Program-made: the position numbers and the translations under genes
The notes under the pieces: model-generated
What the model was told of the DNA's origin: nothing
What the model saw: only the letters and a program-made list of their open reading frames with translations
The model's database searches: none
Part shown: piece by piece, positions 17,939 through 28,230 of the stretch
Numbering within the stretch: the stretch's first letter is position 1
Layout: the number at the start of each line of letters is the position of its first letter
From: a virus
Virus record (IMG/VR): IMGVR_UViG_3300027801_001493
Span: 55,028 to 119,027 of that record
Strand: one strand, 5' to 3'
Length of the DNA: 64,000 nucleotides

Positions 17939-18730
17939 CTATTTATCGTCTTTGGCTATGACGCCGGCTTTTTCTATATAGTTCGGCATACCGTGATCCG
18001 CTACAAAGTCGAAGAATTTAAACTGTTTAGCCGCGGCCCAAAAGCCTCTAAACTGGTCTTTGACTCTTTGCCAAAAAGTACTAACTCGTATCTTCCCGTT
18101 ATGATTGATATACATAAGTCTTCCGCCGTGTACAAACATTAACCAACTCGGTGGTACTTTAGGCACTATATCGTTGTTATTAACATAACGAATGTATGCA
18201 CCAATATCGCAACCTTCTAGGTGCTGACGGAATCTTCTATTACCAACTCTTGGTTGCCCATAGGTTCTAAGTTCCTTCACTGGAATACCTTCGTTTGTTA
18301 ATTGTTCTGCTACTAATACTGCCATTGCTCCACCTAAACTGTGACCAACTACATACACGTTCTCTTGTTTCTTTCTATTTGCTTTAACTGTTTTTAAGAT
18401 TTCATCAAATACTAATTGTGTATACTCATAAAATCCATGATGCACTCTACCATTACGTGGATGCCTAATTGGATATGTCTTTAAATCTGCAAGTATATCT
18501 GAAAACTTTGTAGGTTCTGTTCCTCTACAAGCAACAACTATACCATCATCCTTTGTAAAGAATACCCATGCTTCAGCATCACCGTCTTTAATAAACACGG
18601 CTTTTTTACGTTTCATTTTTATTTTGTTTTGTGCATCCTTTAATTCTTCTGCACTAAGATAGGCTCTACCCGCCAACTTTGCCAAAACTTCGGCTCGCTC
18701 GGACTCAGAGCATTCTGCTAACCATCCCAT
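17939..18730 (-). CDS. Class 3 lipase family alpha/beta hydrolase
   Basis: RGTE, VHHGF, GHSLGGA nucleophile elbow, YGQPRVGN, DIVPKVP, DH. Confidence 0.9.
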   Translation of the reverse strand: MGWLAECSESERAEVLAKLAGRAYLSAEELKDAQNKIKMKRKKAVFIKDGDAEAWVFFTKDDGIVVACRGTEPTKFSDILADLKTYPIRHPRNGRVHHGFYEYTQLVFDEILKTVKANRKKQENVYVVGHSLGGAMAVLVAEQLTNEGIPVKELRTYGQPRVGNRRFRQHLEGCDIGAYIRYVNNNDIVPKVPPSWLMFVHGGRLMYINHNGKIRVSTFWQRVKDQFRGFWAAAKQFKFFDFVADHGMPNYIEKAGVIAKDDK

Positions 18731-18788
18731 AACTACTCCTACATAATTTTAGATTAATTTATTATAGTAGTATTTATCGGATTTGTAT

Positions 18789-18820
18789 AAAAAAGTAGCA
18801 CTCCAATGTTAGAGTGCTAC
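18789..18820 (-). terminator. Intrinsic terminator
   Basis: GTAGCACTC/GAGTGCTAC stem with T6 on minus strand. Confidence 0.75.
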
Positions 18821-18858
18821 TAGTTTTTAAGAGAGAACGGTTGTTCTCGAATTAATTG

Positions 18859-19050
18859 TTAGAATGGTGTAATAATTGGTTTCATTGCAACATACATAAA
18901 AACAAAACAGCCGATTAACAGACCAAACGTGAAAATAGATTCACATGTTTGTCCATCAGGGCAGTATTTGTCTTTGAACTCTTTGAAAGAGTTTTTAGTA
19001 CGAGCTACGAAAGAACTATTATCATTCACTTCATTTGTGATGATAGACAT
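18859..19050 (-). CDS. Small membrane protein with CPDGQTC motif
   Basis: AGGAG SD before MSIITNEV; C-terminal TM helix. Confidence 0.6.
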   Translation of the reverse strand: MSIITNEVNDNSSFVARTKNSFKEFKDKYCPDGQTCESIFTFGLLIGCFVFMYVAMKPIITPF

Positions 19051-19288
19051 TTCTTTTCTCCTGAGTCTAAATTTATTAGCACCCAATTCACGCCTCCTCT
19101 CGAACGACGCTCAGATAAAAAAGTTCCTAAACTTTTATGTATACTCGTATTGTGTTTATTGTACTTTGCATTAAAGCCTATAGAGGATACGCACCTCGAC
19201 AAAAACAACGACATATACCAAATATCTGTTGTGCAAGTAGGATTGCTATTATACTTGCAATCGTATTTATCTATCGTTCTAACAGGTG

Positions 19289-21190
19289 TTAAGTTATTGT
19301 GGTATTTGCGTTGGAAATAGTCTCTTCAGATACTATTTGTGTGATTAATGACTTACCCCAACCCTGTCTACGTCTAAAGTAGAGCCTGTTGTAGTATTCA
19401 TCGTCCTTAACATGTTCTAACATATCTATATTATATGCATTTTGACATGTGACTAATTCGTCATCTATTGTATTCATGTACTCATAGAAGTTAAATCCAA
19501 AGTTTGATTGGAAAGGATACAGTTTATTAGGATCTGTAGTGTATGCTTCTTGGAACTCCAACAAGTGTGAATACATGTATAAATCTAAATTGCAGTACTC
19601 TTGTGTTAAATGCTTGTTTACAAATTGTCTAATCTGTGTGTTATTTCTATGGAAGTCTTTTTGTGCCTCCCACATTAATGTGTGACCACTGAAGCCTTTG
19701 CTTTCTCCAGTTTCTAAATAGTATGTAATATGTTGCTTGGCTTGGTCGAATAACTTGCCTACTATACCATCATCTGTTTTACATGCTTCAAACATTTTAT
19801 CGTATGTTTCTTCATACTCTATGCCTTTGTGTTTATATATTATTCTTGCTATTGCTTGGCTCCATCCAAAGTTATGGAAGTTATTAATTACCCAAGCATA
19901 CAGCCAACTGTCTATAAATTTATCTTTAGGCATGTACTTGGTTCCGGTTATCAACTCGACCTTTTCAGGTATGTTGTCCTCTTCTTCGAATCCACTTATA
20001 TAGTTTTCTACAATCACACTAGTTAAGCCATGCTTTTCTTTTTCGCTTGGTACGTTCATGTGTGCATTTTCTAGCAGTTGTGCCAACCAACTTTCAATAG
20101 CATTGTGTTGCCCTGCTTTAATTATTTCACATAGTCCAGACTTCCAAGTATCAAATGTCTCTAAAGGTAATCCTAATATAAGTTCTGTGTAACTAGGTAT
20201 TCCTTCTCTATTACATTTTTCAAATATCATTGTAAGGTCTGACATTTCCATGTTACGTCTTTTAATCTCTTCTAGTACATCCATGTCCATACTTTGCACA
20301 CTAAGAGTAAGTCCTCTATTGAATCCACTACTAATAAACTTTTTAACAATCTCTAATATCTCATCACTACTGTTCTTATACCATGTAGCATCTACTACTT
20401 TAGGATAACCGTATTGGTTTTGTAAGTCAACTAATTTTTCTGTTACTTCCATATCTCTGTCTGTGAATACACCAAAGTTAGCATCTGCAATAGTGACATA
20501 GTCTATTTGATTCTCAGCCATCCATGTTAGTTCTTGTATTACTTTAGGTATAGGAAACTGCTTAATTTTAGCATAAGTTAAACTACCCCAATCACAAAAT
20601 GTACATGCAAAAGGGCAACCTCTATTAGTTTCTAATGTGCCATTAAACACATACCCAGTGTTGTTTGCTATAATATCGTCGAATACGCCAGTTAAGTAGG
20701 GACTCGGAATGTTTAAATCCACTAGTCTGCCGCCTTCATAGACGTCTTGTAACGGGTCGTTGTTGTTTATTGATGTAAGTATATCCACAAACATCTCTTC
20801 GCCTTCACCTAACACTATGCTGTCTACATAGGGGTGATTATCAAAGAATAGTTCTTCTTGTGGTCTATTTGTAACTTGTGGACCACCAAATATAATTAGT
20901 ATGCTTGGATTTTGTTCTTTTAAGGATTTTGCTACATGCTTGTTGTATTCCCAATTCCACATGTAATTAGAAAAGAAAACAACCTTACAATCTTGTAGTC
21001 TATCTACGACATCGTTTGGTTGTTCTCGTTTGAAAATAATGTCTTTCAGGGTGAAAGACTTCTGTACCCATTCGTATTGATTTGCGTAACTCCATAAGCA
21101 CCCTACCGAGTAAGGTAGCCAATAACCTACGAAACTGCCACCGCCTATTTTGAAGTTTGGTTGAACTAATGCTACTTGCAATTTACTCAT
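19289..21190 (-). CDS. Cobalamin-binding radical SAM protein
   Basis: N-terminal B12-binding-like domain (GGPQ, GEGE), RGCPFACTFCDW CxxxCxxC. Confidence 0.9.
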   Translation of the reverse strand: MSKLQVALVQPNFKIGGGSFVGYWLPYSVGCLWSYANQYEWVQKSFTLKDIIFKREQPNDVVDRLQDCKVVFFSNYMWNWEYNKHVAKSLKEQNPSILIIFGGPQVTNRPQEELFFDNHPYVDSIVLGEGEEMFVDILTSINNNDPLQDVYEGGRLVDLNIPSPYLTGVFDDIIANNTGYVFNGTLETNRGCPFACTFCDWGSLTYAKIKQFPIPKVIQELTWMAENQIDYVTIADANFGVFTDRDMEVTEKLVDLQNQYGYPKVVDATWYKNSSDEILEIVKKFISSGFNRGLTLSVQSMDMDVLEEIKRRNMEMSDLTMIFEKCNREGIPSYTELILGLPLETFDTWKSGLCEIIKAGQHNAIESWLAQLLENAHMNVPSEKEKHGLTSVIVENYISGFEEEDNIPEKVELITGTKYMPKDKFIDSWLYAWVINNFHNFGWSQAIARIIYKHKGIEYEETYDKMFEACKTDDGIVGKLFDQAKQHITYYLETGESKGFSGHTLMWEAQKDFHRNNTQIRQFVNKHLTQEYCNLDLYMYSHLLEFQEAYTTDPNKLYPFQSNFGFNFYEYMNTIDDELVTCQNAYNIDMLEHVKDDEYYNRLYFRRRQGWGKSLITQIVSEETISNANTTIT

Positions 21191-21205
21191 GCAAGTATTT
21201 ATAGT

Positions 21206-21457
21206 CTACTTCTTGGAGGCTTTGAGTACTTCGGCAACTAAAACGTCTTTCTTCTTACGTTTGTCTAGTTCAACACCAAATTCTCTTCCTTTAGTTTCTA
21301 AATCTGCTTTAGTAAGTTTTGATAAACTTGCTGTAGTTAATTTAGCCACTGTAGGTGCAGTTGCTTTAGCAACTGTTTTAGTTGGTGCTTTTGCAGGTAC
21401 TACTTCGTTACCATCGCTGGCTCCAAAGAAATCTGCTAACCATTTAAATAAACCCAT
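21206..21457 (-). CDS. Small basic protein, Rho-N/HeH-like C-terminus
   Basis: LSKLTKADLETKGREFGVELDKRKKKDVLV. Confidence 0.6.
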   Translation of the reverse strand: MGLFKWLADFFGASDGNEVVPAKAPTKTVAKATAPTVAKLTTASLSKLTKADLETKGREFGVELDKRKKKDVLVAEVLKASKK

Positions 21458-22398
21458 TATAAACTCCTGTCTAGTATGTTTAATAGTTCAAACCTATCTT
21501 TATTAATAGGATGTTCTAAGTTAAAAGGATTCGCTCTTTTGAATGCTGTATTCAACACTCTATCTACTAAAAGTCTGACCTTCTTCGCAGTTTGCTCTTC
21601 CGTAATGTTATTTATGTATAAATTAATAGTATTATTGTCTATTCTTGGTAATGAAAGCAATTCAAACAATATAATATCGAACTCTAAGTATGTCATACCT
21701 AATTGATCTGCATCACTATTGCTTATTCCTAAGCCGTCTGTGGGCAATGCATCTAGTGTTGCTTGTGGTATGCCTAACATCTTTGCTAACATAGGCACCT
21801 CCCAACTTTTACTTAAACTTTGTATAGGTGCAACGTCACCTACATCACCATGTAGTGTCCAAAACCCTGCGGCTAGTTCACTAAAGTTATCTGTACTACC
21901 AACACAACCACCTACTTGATGTGCAAGGTTATACAATGTTGTCATTCTTAGCCTTGCTCTAATGTTGCCTTGTCTTTGTAATTCTTTATAAGTCTTAGCA
22001 TCTGTTAATCCTAAAAACTCTGACATGTTATCAAACTGTTCGCTCAAATCAAAACTGTGTGGTACTAGTTCAAGTGCATCTATGGCTTCTTGCCCTCTAT
22101 CAGTTTCTTCTTGTTTTTGATGTATAGGTAATGTTACTCCGTGTACTGTCCAACCTGCTTCTTTAAACAAGGCGGCAGTTAAGGCACTATCAATACCTCC
22201 GCTCATTCCTATTACAACATCTTCTATAAAGTTATCTGCTTTATATTCTGCTAGTTGTCTCACTATTACAGACAATGTTCTTTCTAGTTTTTGATGATTA
22301 CTGTATTTCTCTGATTGAATAAGTTTCTTTAATTTAGTTTCAAACCATTCCGTTAGTTCAATTTTACCTGGAGTTACTGCTAGTATCTCATTTATCAT
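21457..22398 (-). CDS. nadE: NH3-dependent NAD+ synthetase
   Basis: GMSGGIDSA, GNIRARLRM, GSTDNFSE, GDVGD, PTDGL. Confidence 0.9.
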   Translation of the reverse strand: MINEILAVTPGKIELTEWFETKLKKLIQSEKYSNHQKLERTLSVIVRQLAEYKADNFIEDVVIGMSGGIDSALTAALFKEAGWTVHGVTLPIHQKQEETDRGQEAIDALELVPHSFDLSEQFDNMSEFLGLTDAKTYKELQRQGNIRARLRMTTLYNLAHQVGGCVGSTDNFSELAAGFWTLHGDVGDVAPIQSLSKSWEVPMLAKMLGIPQATLDALPTDGLGISNSDADQLGMTYLEFDIILFELLSLPRIDNNTINLYINNITEEQTAKKVRLLVDRVLNTAFKRANPFNLEHPINKDRFELLNILDRSL

Positions 22399-22903
22399 TT
22401 TTTATATCCTCTGGCGATTTTAATTTAATCATTGCCGCAATTTTTTCTCTACTTACACCTCGACGTAACCAGAATTTTAAATCCTTAACGGGTTTGCCAT
22501 CTTCTTCCCTAAAGAATGAACCCATCTTACCATGTTGTCCTTTTACAAAGAATGTAACTGCATGACCACCATCAGGTATAACAACTCTATGGAAATCAGT
22601 ATGAGACCTCCAAGCAAACCAGCCTGGTCCTCTCCACATCATTTCCTTACCTCTAACCTCATAGTATCCTCCCGACAGTATGAGAGTAAAATAACCCCAA
22701 GGGTGATTATGTTCCGTAGGTAAATCACTTCCAAGAATAAGGTTTAAGCAAACTCTACCGCCATGGTAATTGCCTGCAATACCTGTCTTATGGATTTGTC
22801 TACCTAAGAAAACTCTGTGCATGTATTCATGGTCGGTGTATATGTTAGTTAAGGTCTCTGTGCCTCTACGTTTCGCTAACCACCAAAATATTTTTTGCCA
22901 CAT
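22388..22903 (-). CDS. Cupin-like phage protein
   Basis: HNHPWGYFTLILSGGYYE and FHRV. Confidence 0.65.
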   Translation of the reverse strand: MWQKIFWWLAKRRGTETLTNIYTDHEYMHRVFLGRQIHKTGIAGNYHGGRVCLNLILGSDLPTEHNHPWGYFTLILSGGYYEVRGKEMMWRGPGWFAWRSHTDFHRVVIPDGGHAVTFFVKGQHGKMGSFFREEDGKPVKDLKFWLRRGVSREKIAAMIKLKSPEDIKNDK

Positions 22904-22938
22904 AAAGTGTTCCTTTGTAAAGTACATATTTATCGCCC

Positions 22939-22968
22939 AAAAAAAAGCCAAACTGTAAAGTCTGGCTT
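22939..22968 (-). terminator. Intrinsic terminator
   Basis: AAGCCAGAC-TTTACA-GTTTGGCTT then T6. Confidence 0.7.
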
Positions 22969-22991
22969 TGTTATTAAAAACGTTGTGTTAC

Positions 22992-23615
22992 TTAGGTAAT
23001 ATACTCTACACTTATGTTTTTTATTTTTGCTGGAAACGTTAAATTTGCTTTTAAATGGTGTTCTCTTCTAGGTTTAGAATCATCTGCTATACCAACACCT
23101 AATAAAAACACTGGTTTATGAGGTATATCTAACACTCTTTGAACTTCGTCTTTATTAATACAACCACAGAACCCTGTAGTATATCCTAATAATGAACTTG
23201 TAAGGTTAGCATAACCTCCTGCTACACCAATTGCTTGATGCATATCTCTATCCATTTGTTCCCAAACATCACTTATATCTGTTTTCTTTTCTGCATCTTC
23301 TTTATCAAAGTCCCTAGCAAATACTATTAACAGTTGTGCTAAAGTTTGTGGATTAGTAGTAAGGCTGTTTCCCTTTGCTCCTTCATTTCCATCTTTGATT
23401 AAAAATCCAGATGTTTGTCTATGCACTCTTTCTATCTTTTCTCTATTTGTAATAAAGTAAGGTTTGAAAAATTGAATGTTCTGTTTACTAGGTGCTCCAG
23501 TTATTGATTCTGCAATAATATCAATATCTTCTTGCGGAATTGTTTTTGTGAGATCCCAATTACGTTGAACGTGCTGACTTTCTTTTATAGCTTTTCTTAG
23601 CATAGATTTGAACAT
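22992..23615 (-). CDS. Nitroreductase-family protein
   Basis: SQHVQRNW, GAPSKQN, GYTTGFCGC, LLGVG. Confidence 0.8.
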   Translation of the reverse strand: MFKSMLRKAIKESQHVQRNWDLTKTIPQEDIDIIAESITGAPSKQNIQFFKPYFITNREKIERVHRQTSGFLIKDGNEGAKGNSLTTNPQTLAQLLIVFARDFDKEDAEKKTDISDVWEQMDRDMHQAIGVAGGYANLTSSLLGYTTGFCGCINKDEVQRVLDIPHKPVFLLGVGIADDSKPRREHHLKANLTFPAKIKNISVEYIT

Positions 23616-23655
23616 TTGTACTCCTACAATGATAACGTGTGTATGTTAAACATAT

Positions 23656-23829
23656 TTATCGTATAAAAAGTGTTTCGGCTCTGCACACATCTGCACTCCT
23701 ACAGTTTCTAATATTTTGCTCCCATACTACTCGTTCAGGCATCCAATCGAACTCATGCGGACCATTGTAGTCTGAACTAGTGCATCCTGTTATAATAATA
23801 CTACTTACTAGCAATATTAATTTTTTCAT
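23656..23829 (-). CDS. 57-aa lipoprotein
   Basis: Manual translation MKKLILLVSSIIITGC (lipobox) ...RNCRSADVCRAETLFIR. Confidence 0.7.
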   Translation of the reverse strand: MKKLILLVSSIIITGCTSSDYNGPHEFDWMPERVVWEQNIRNCRSADVCRAETLFIR

Positions 23830-25087
23830 CTCGTTCCTCTTTTAGTTTATTGTATCCTTCATCATCTAGATGTGTAATAGCCAACCAAGCATGTGTCATT
23901 TCATCGCCTGTTCTACTGCCTCCCATTACCCACATATCAGGATCCGGATTGTTTGGATTGTTAGAAGTATTATCATACCATTGCTTCAGTATAATAACAG
24001 CACCCGTTGGTATAAGTGGTGCTACATCAGGTTCATACAAATGACTGTGATGCCATGTTGCACTCCAATTACTTACTTGGCTAATCTGTTCTGTTTGTCC
24101 TGTCTCTGGATAGAATATCTCTAGGCTAGCGGCATTCATTCTTAAATGTCCGTGTGGCTGAAAACTATCTAGTCTAACAGGATGGTCAAAACTATGGAAG
24201 CCTTGTGTCATGTAGTAGCCGTTGGGTGGAATAGTTATATCGTCCTGGTCGCCTAGGCGATACAAACTCAAATCTTGTTTGTATTTCAATTCTTGGCTTT
24301 CCTCTTCGCTGTATAACCACAGCCCAATCTCTACTACGTTGTTTTTGATAACTGATCCTGGTGCCATTGCTCCAAGTCCACCTGGGAACATATGAATATC
24401 CCATGCCACTTCTGCGTTGGCTGGTATAGTTCTGCATACTCCTGCAGGAACTATCTCTCCCCACTTTCCCATAGCATACTCAGTTAGCATTCCTTGTCTG
24501 CCTCCCTCAGTTATAATACTGCTGTTAGCATGGTGTACTACTGACTTTGCATTACCACGTGGCTTAACTTGTACTGCCTTAATACATCTATCACTAGTTA
24601 GCCCTGTTGGAACATTGTGTTTGTGCCATAAGTCGTTACCGGTTGCTGGTATGTCAATTGGTACACTTGGAATGATTACATCTGGTAGACCAAAGTCGGG
24701 TTCAAAATTCCATGCTTCTGTGTCTCTAAGCCTAGGGGGAATTCTAAAGACATCCTGGTCTCCGTATTGTGCTCCTTGTTCTACCCAATTATCTATTGTG
24801 TCTATGTCTTTAGTGGACAGTCTCCAATCTCCTTGTAAGTCCTGTATACCAATTCCATGGTCATAAGCATACGGTGGCATTTCTCTTGTTAATACCTTTA
24901 ATTGTATTAGTGGTGCCCACGGTCTGACTTGCTCATAACTTTCAAAACTCATAGGACCTATACCTCCTTGACGGTGACATACTACACAATTATCATTAAT
25001 AATATCTGCTACTTCCGTAACATAATCTGTAGCCCACACTGAAGTAGACCATATGGCTGTTAGAGCCACGGCTATGTGCTTGTACAT
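23801..25087 (-). CDS. Secreted cytochrome c plus copper type II monooxygenase (PHM/DBH-like) protein
   Basis: Signal peptide, CVVCH heme motif, EMPP, VVHHA, PHGHLRM, GDEM. Confidence 0.75.
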   Translation of the reverse strand: MYKHIAVALTAIWSTSVWATDYVTEVADIINDNCVVCHRQGGIGPMSFESYEQVRPWAPLIQLKVLTREMPPYAYDHGIGIQDLQGDWRLSTKDIDTIDNWVEQGAQYGDQDVFRIPPRLRDTEAWNFEPDFGLPDVIIPSVPIDIPATGNDLWHKHNVPTGLTSDRCIKAVQVKPRGNAKSVVHHANSSIITEGGRQGMLTEYAMGKWGEIVPAGVCRTIPANAEVAWDIHMFPGGLGAMAPGSVIKNNVVEIGLWLYSEEESQELKYKQDLSLYRLGDQDDITIPPNGYYMTQGFHSFDHPVRLDSFQPHGHLRMNAASLEIFYPETGQTEQISQVSNWSATWHHSHLYEPDVAPLIPTGAVIILKQWYDNTSNNPNNPDPDMWVMGGSRTGDEMTHAWLAITHLDDEGYNKLKEERDEKINIASK

Positions 25088-25177
25088 TTTATTTTCCTTT
25101 TAGATTGCGTATCAACTACGAGTGAATACTCTGATACTTCAATAGTTTTTTACTATTATGTGTATATTTATTAAAAA

Positions 25178-25963
25178 CTAACGGATTTTTTTATTTGTTT
25201 CGACTGCCTTTTTAAGCATATTAAGTTTAATATTCTTATCATGTGCATACTTTAAAAGTGCTTCTGTATCTTTGGGGAAACAATGTCCTCCAAAGCCAAG
25301 TTCTCCGTCTGGACCTGGTACCTGCATATGGCTACCGCCTATACGTGGATCTCTTGTTAGCATGTCTGTAAACTGTTCCCAACTAACCATACTACTGCCA
25401 CTGTTATGTAACTTATGTAAGTCATTAAAGAACATTACTTTAGTTGCTAAGTAACTGTTAATAGTATATTTGAGTAGACTCGCTGTTGTTAAATCTGTTT
25501 TAAATGTAGGAACAATCTTAACTGAACTGTGTCTAAGATATGCTTTTTCTACTACTTCACAGTCTCTCCATTTACCACCTAACACTTGCATATTAGGATT
25601 TTTAAAATCTTCGTTTGCATTTGCTTCTGTGAGGAACTCTGGATTATAAACTATTTTTAGTTCGTATTCTTTTTTAAATTCCTGTAAATAGTCTGGTATA
25701 ACTGTACTCTTAATTACTACAACACCCTTGTACTGAAGTCTATTAAGCTCTGAGAGTACATCATTTGCTATGGTTGTATCACAACTACCATCTTCTGCAA
25801 CTGGTGTAGGGACACAAACAAATATTAGTTTGCAATCATGCAAGTCATTTATAGTGTTATCTGTGTACTTAGGGTCTACAATAACTTGCTCACAGTCTTT
25901 ATCGAATCCGTTTGCTACTGCTGAGCCTACAAATCCTTTACCTATGATTCCTAACTTTAACAT
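25178..25963 (-). CDS. UDP-glucose/GDP-mannose dehydrogenase family
   Basis: GKGFVG, CVPTP, NPEFLTE, GGHCFPKD. Confidence 0.88.
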   Translation of the reverse strand: MLKLGIIGKGFVGSAVANGFDKDCEQVIVDPKYTDNTINDLHDCKLIFVCVPTPVAEDGSCDTTIANDVLSELNRLQYKGVVVIKSTVIPDYLQEFKKEYELKIVYNPEFLTEANANEDFKNPNMQVLGGKWRDCEVVEKAYLRHSSVKIVPTFKTDLTTASLLKYTINSYLATKVMFFNDLHKLHNSGSSMVSWEQFTDMLTRDPRIGGSHMQVPGPDGELGFGGHCFPKDTEALLKYAHDKNIKLNMLKKAVETNKKIR

Positions 25964-26235
25964 TATACGTTGCCTTTAATCCGTTCTATTATATAGCGGT
26001 CTTCGTATGGCTCATCGCCAACATACTCTGGTGCATTAACTAATGCCTTATCCACTCTCATTTTAATATCCCATAGTCGACGTTTCATGTCACTGCCGGT
26101 CCAGCCATCATTACGTGGGTTCTTCATTTCATGTTCTAGTTCCCATATAATATGTAGGGCTTCGTCGCTGTTAGGGATAATCATTCCTTCTCTGTTATAA
26201 TATATTCGCTCATTGTGAGCATTGTTTTTATTCAC
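25963..26235 (-). CDS. Hypothetical protein
   Basis: 90-aa coupled ORF. Confidence 0.6.
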   Translation of the reverse strand: MNKNNAHNERIYYNREGMIIPNSDEALHIIWELEHEMKNPRNDGWTGSDMKRRLWDIKMRVDKALVNAPEYVGDEPYEDRYIIERIKGNV

Positions 26236-27277
26236 CTACCTGTAAGTTTTCAAAAACTGTATTATGTGTTGACTTACATTGTACAAAAGTTGTACACTTA
26301 GATAAATTCTTTAATTTGTCGGCACCAACGTAAGTGCAACCACTACGCAAACCTCCAAGTAAGTCTGTGACAACATTGGTAACTGGACCTTTACGAGGTA
26401 TTCGTACAATTCTGCCTTCACTTGTTCTATGATCCTGTACTCCACCTGTATTCTCCTGTGCTTGAGTAGTGCTACTACCGTAAAATTCTATTGTATTTGA
26501 TTCACCGTCTATCTTGCCGCCTTCGTCACAACCTGCCATCATGCCACCTAGCATAACAAAGTCTGCTCCGGCACCAAATGCCTTAACTACATCTCCAGGA
26601 CTACTACAGCCGCCATCAGCAATGATGTGTCCGCCAAGACCATGAGCGGCATCGGCACACTCAATAACGGCTGATAATTGCGGATACCCAACACCTGTCT
26701 TAATACGAGTAGTACAAACACTACCAGGCCCAATGCCAACTTTAACGATATCTGCTCCACGTAATAATAACTCCTCAGTTAAGTCTGCTGTAACTACGTT
26801 ACCAGCAATAATTGTAAGTTCTGGATACTGGTCTCTAAACCTTGCTACAAAGTCTAAAAATCGTTCGCTGTACCCATTTGCAACATCAATACACACATAT
26901 TTTATACTGCGTGATAGTTTGATAGTTGCGTCTATTCGTTCTTTGTCTATATCTGTAATGCCTGTGCTTATTGCTATGTTTCTGCATAGGTCTGGTTTGT
27001 GTACATGATTGCCTAACCAATTCCAAATGTCTGCTGGCTGGTAGTTTTTATCTAAACATGTAAACATCGGCTTTCTAACAAGTTCTTCTGCCATTGCAAA
27101 TGTGCCAACGCCTTGCATGTTAGCCGCCATAATAGGAATACCTTCCCATTCTTTACCGCTGTTCCTAAATTTGTATCTACGTTTTAAGTCAACGTCTTTA
27201 CGACTGCCCACAGTACTTCGTTTGGGTCTAAGTAAAACGTCATTGTAATCTAATTTTACGTCTGCTTCTATTCTCAT
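26228..27277 (-). CDS. guaC: GMP reductase
   Basis: [39 protein letters not shown]. Confidence 0.93.
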   Translation of the reverse strand: MRIEADVKLDYNDVLLRPKRSTVGSRKDVDLKRRYKFRNSGKEWEGIPIMAANMQGVGTFAMAEELVRKPMFTCLDKNYQPADIWNWLGNHVHKPDLCRNIAISTGITDIDKERIDATIKLSRSIKYVCIDVANGYSERFLDFVARFRDQYPELTIIAGNVVTADLTEELLLRGADIVKVGIGPGSVCTTRIKTGVGYPQLSAVIECADAAHGLGGHIIADGGCSSPGDVVKAFGAGADFVMLGGMMAGCDEGGKIDGESNTIEFYGSSTTQAQENTGGVQDHRTSEGRIVRIPRKGPVTNVVTDLLGGLRSGCTYVGADKLKNLSKCTTFVQCKSTHNTVFENLQVGE

Positions 27278-27600
27278 TTTGTTGGAATTCCTAAGCCTTG
27301 TCTAATAACGTCATCTTCTTTTACAAACACTCCATCAATCATCATGCCTTTACGATCCTTGATATCATCGTATGCTTTTTGTAAACATTGAGTAAGTGTT
27401 AATTCATTACGTTCAGCTATGTTAATTAACACAACCATCATGTCACCTATGTCATCACTGATGTCTCTTTCTTTGCAAATGTTGTCTGACAACTCACCTG
27501 CTTCTTGTATAAGTTTAGCAAATTGTGTTTTGTCATCCGATCCTTCTATAAGGTTTCTATCGTAATGCCATTTAGTAATTAGTCTAACTAGTTCTTCCAT
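27274..27600 (-). CDS. MazG-like nucleotide pyrophosphohydrolase
   Basis: KLIQEAGEL, DDIGD, AYDDIKDRKG. Confidence 0.85.
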   Translation of the reverse strand: MEELVRLITKWHYDRNLIEGSDDKTQFAKLIQEAGELSDNICKERDISDDIGDMMVVLINIAERNELTLTQCLQKAYDDIKDRKGMMIDGVFVKEDDVIRQGLGIPTK

Positions 27601-27977
27601 TCGAGTGTATCTCCAAATTCTTCAATATGTGCTGATTCCATTTCACCATACTTTTCTTTATAGTCGGGTCCTAAGAAATACATAACTGCTTTACCCTCAG
27701 TTGTTTCTGTTGGTATCTTATTGTAAAAGTCTGGATAACCTTCTATAGCATCTAACTGATCCATTACTTCATCGTTTACTAACCAAACTTCGCCTTTAAT
27801 CTTTTTTGATCCGCCCATAACTACACCTGGAAATGCACCCAAGTCCATCATATCATAATCTGGATATACAGTTGTAGCCATACCCACAATCTCTACCTTG
27901 TCTGGTCCAAAGCCATTAAGACCTCTAATTTCTCCGCCACTTTTAAGTGTGCCGTAAACAAATACCTTGTTATTCAT
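27588..27977 (-). CDS. Gamma-glutamylcyclotransferase (AIG2-like)
   Basis: VFVYGTLK, GEVW, LDAIEGYP. Confidence 0.88.
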   Translation of the reverse strand: MNNKVFVYGTLKSGGEIRGLNGFGPDKVEIVGMATTVYPDYDMMDLGAFPGVVMGGSKKIKGEVWLVNDEVMDQLDAIEGYPDFYNKIPTETTEGKAVMYFLGPDYKEKYGEMESAHIEEFGDTLEWKN

Positions 27978-28209
27978 ATTCTTTCCTACTGTCTAAATCA
28001 ATAATCTTTGTTTCTAGTGCTTTAATTCTAGCATTCATCCCAGAGATAATAATACTTGTATCCTGGTCTACAATGGTTGAATCTAACGCAATCCTGTCAT
28101 TTTGTAGATTTTCAATTTCTGTTTGTTGCTCTTTAACGGTCTTTTCTAAGTCAGAACACAATGTTATTAGTTCTGCTTTAGTCATTTGTGTTTTAGATTT
28201 TTTGCTCAT
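27970..28209 (-). CDS. Small coiled-coil protein
   Basis: Heptad pattern, 79 aa. Confidence 0.6.
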   Translation of the reverse strand: MSKKSKTQMTKAELITLCSDLEKTVKEQQTEIENLQNDRIALDSTIVDQDTSIIISGMNARIKALETKIIDLDSRKEYE

Positions 28210-28230
28210 AGGTTAATTATACTGCATTCC

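Noticed and set aside
25088-25170. SAM-II/SAM-V riboswitch, from CTAAAAGG near the SD
   Set aside because: Lacks the UGAUUU-type loop needed for the pseudoknot, and the downstream gene is unrelated to SAM.
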